DNA from: Octopus vulgaris
Lineage: Eukaryota
Length of the DNA stretch: 64,000 bases
NCBI GenBank assembly: GCA_951406725.2
Contig: OX597816.1
Coordinates: 8,122,001 to 8,186,000 of the forward strand
Direction: 5' to 3'
Both the position numbers and the translations under genes were made by a program. Of the stretch, positions 62,615 through 64,000 are shown one piece after another (the first letter of the stretch is position 1; each line of letters starts with the position of its first letter). A model generated the notes under the pieces. The model saw only the letters and a list, made by a program, of their open reading frames with translations. It made no database searches and was not told where the DNA came from.

Positions 62615-63199
62615 GGGAGTGAGTGAGTGAAAGAGACCGAGGGTTCTTTTTTTTTTTTTGAATTTCGAGAGAATGGGATCTAATGAAAACGAATGACAAC
62701 TTTTGTTGTTACCTAAGTTTCTAAACAAACGTCATTTAGCAAATTTGTTTATTATTTGACAGAACTCGGTGTGTTGCACGCACGAGCGTGTGTCTGTGCC
62801 CATTCGTATAAACGGACATTATTTCCGATTTCTTTGTCAGCATTTCTGAAGATAGTTTTTTTTTTTTTTTGTAATATGCTAGTATAGTGATGAACAAAGT
62901 TCTTATATTTTGCGGTTTTTATGGGTCAGATTCCCTTCAGATGTTTTCATACACAAGAACTTATAGGTCAAAACATTTTAACGTGACAATGCATATTTTG
63001 GTCTAAAGAAAAAGAAAGAACACATATAAAAACAAATTAGGTGTGTGTGTGTGTGTGTTATATTATGTTATACTATATTATTAGCTATTAGTGATAGAAG
63101 CAGCGTTTGTAACGAATATTAGTAAGCGAATCCAAACTAACTTGGGTGAGTTGCTTATAACGCCCAGTACCGCGGTAAATGCTCCAACAAATGTTTATT

Positions 63200-63800
63200 G
63201 GTTGTCCCATTTAGTATTTGCCTGGTGTTTGATCCCCCTCAGTTTAATATTAAGGAAGGCAAAGGCAGGATATAAGTTCTGAAATAGTAAGGGGAAAATT
63301 AACCAATTGCTCTCCATGGGTGATCTGAAACTTTTTAGGAAGAATGAAAAAGAGATTCCTTAATACAGACTCTTCAGCAAAGATGTAGGCATGGAATTTG
63401 GGACAGACAAGTGTGCAATATTGGTCATGAAAAGGGGACAGGTAGTGAACAGCGAAGGTATCCAATTACCAGATGGTCAGACATTAAAATCATTGAAAGG
63501 AGGAGGAGAGAGTTATAAGTATCTAGGAGTATTAGAAACGAAAATTGAGGAGTACATCAGACGAGTGAGGAAGCTAAAGAAGTCAAAACTAAATGGTTTG
63601 AATCTAGTGAAGGCTGTAAATACTTGGATAGTATCATTACTTAGATACTCAGCAGCTTTTGTAGATTGGGCAAAAACTGAATTAGCAAAGCTTGACAGAA
63701 GAACTAGGAAGGAATTCAATGTGAATGGAGGGTTCCACCCAAGGGCAAGAGTAGCAAGATTATACCTACATAGAAACAAAAATGCCCGTCTTTACTTATA
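63200..63800 (+). mobile_element. R4/Dong-clade LINE reverse transcriptase fragment
   Basis: LIPLSLILRK..KINQLLSMGDLKL..MEFGTDKCA..YKYLGVLE..SKLNGLNLVKAVNTW..LDRRTRK..HPRARVARLYL, with stops and frameshifts. Confidence 0.85.
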
Positions 63801-64000
63801 GCAAATAGTATACAGCGTGCTATAGAAATATCCATAGAACAACTTAGAACAATTCCAAACAGAAACACAAGAACAGATCTTACCATTTATAGAGACACAA
63901 AATCCGTGTCACCAAAATATCTTTCACATTGACAAAGCAAGCTTATCGGTCATTGCTGAAAGTAATGAATTGAAGGATATAATCACGGATCGAACCATGA

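Overview
AT-rich eukaryotic DNA saturated with repeats. The SINE families and microsatellite load point to a coleoid cephalopod, most likely Octopus (inference). I cannot support any intact host protein-coding gene; most listed ORFs are microsatellite artefacts. The window holds tRNA-derived SINEs: family A with a Meta-like domain that forms 1-6-mers, family B with a CORE-like domain and an internal (TA)n(TG)n, and family C types with swapped modules. LINE relics include a near-intact 5'-truncated CR1-group RT ORF, RTE and R4/Dong fragments, and a Tx1/L1-like ORF1 with a CCHC knuckle. There is a Neptune-like Penelope element with a GIY-YIG domain, plus non-autonomous Helitrons/Helentron, mariner/Tc1 relics and hAT/MULE-like MITEs. 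The most interesting signals are RNA-level. Several minimal type I hammerhead ribozyme motifs sit in Penelope-type termini, including a family whose core reads GUGAACA (a compensatory G3-C8 swap) and fold-back mini-elements centred on the ribozyme. Also notable are a SINE amplified into an exact 186-bp tandem array, a SINE tail resembling the 3' end of an ORF1-only LINE, and a TSD-flanked bipartite RTE element. Repeat boundaries were read by eye and are approximate to about 10-20 bp unless a TSD or TIR is quoted.
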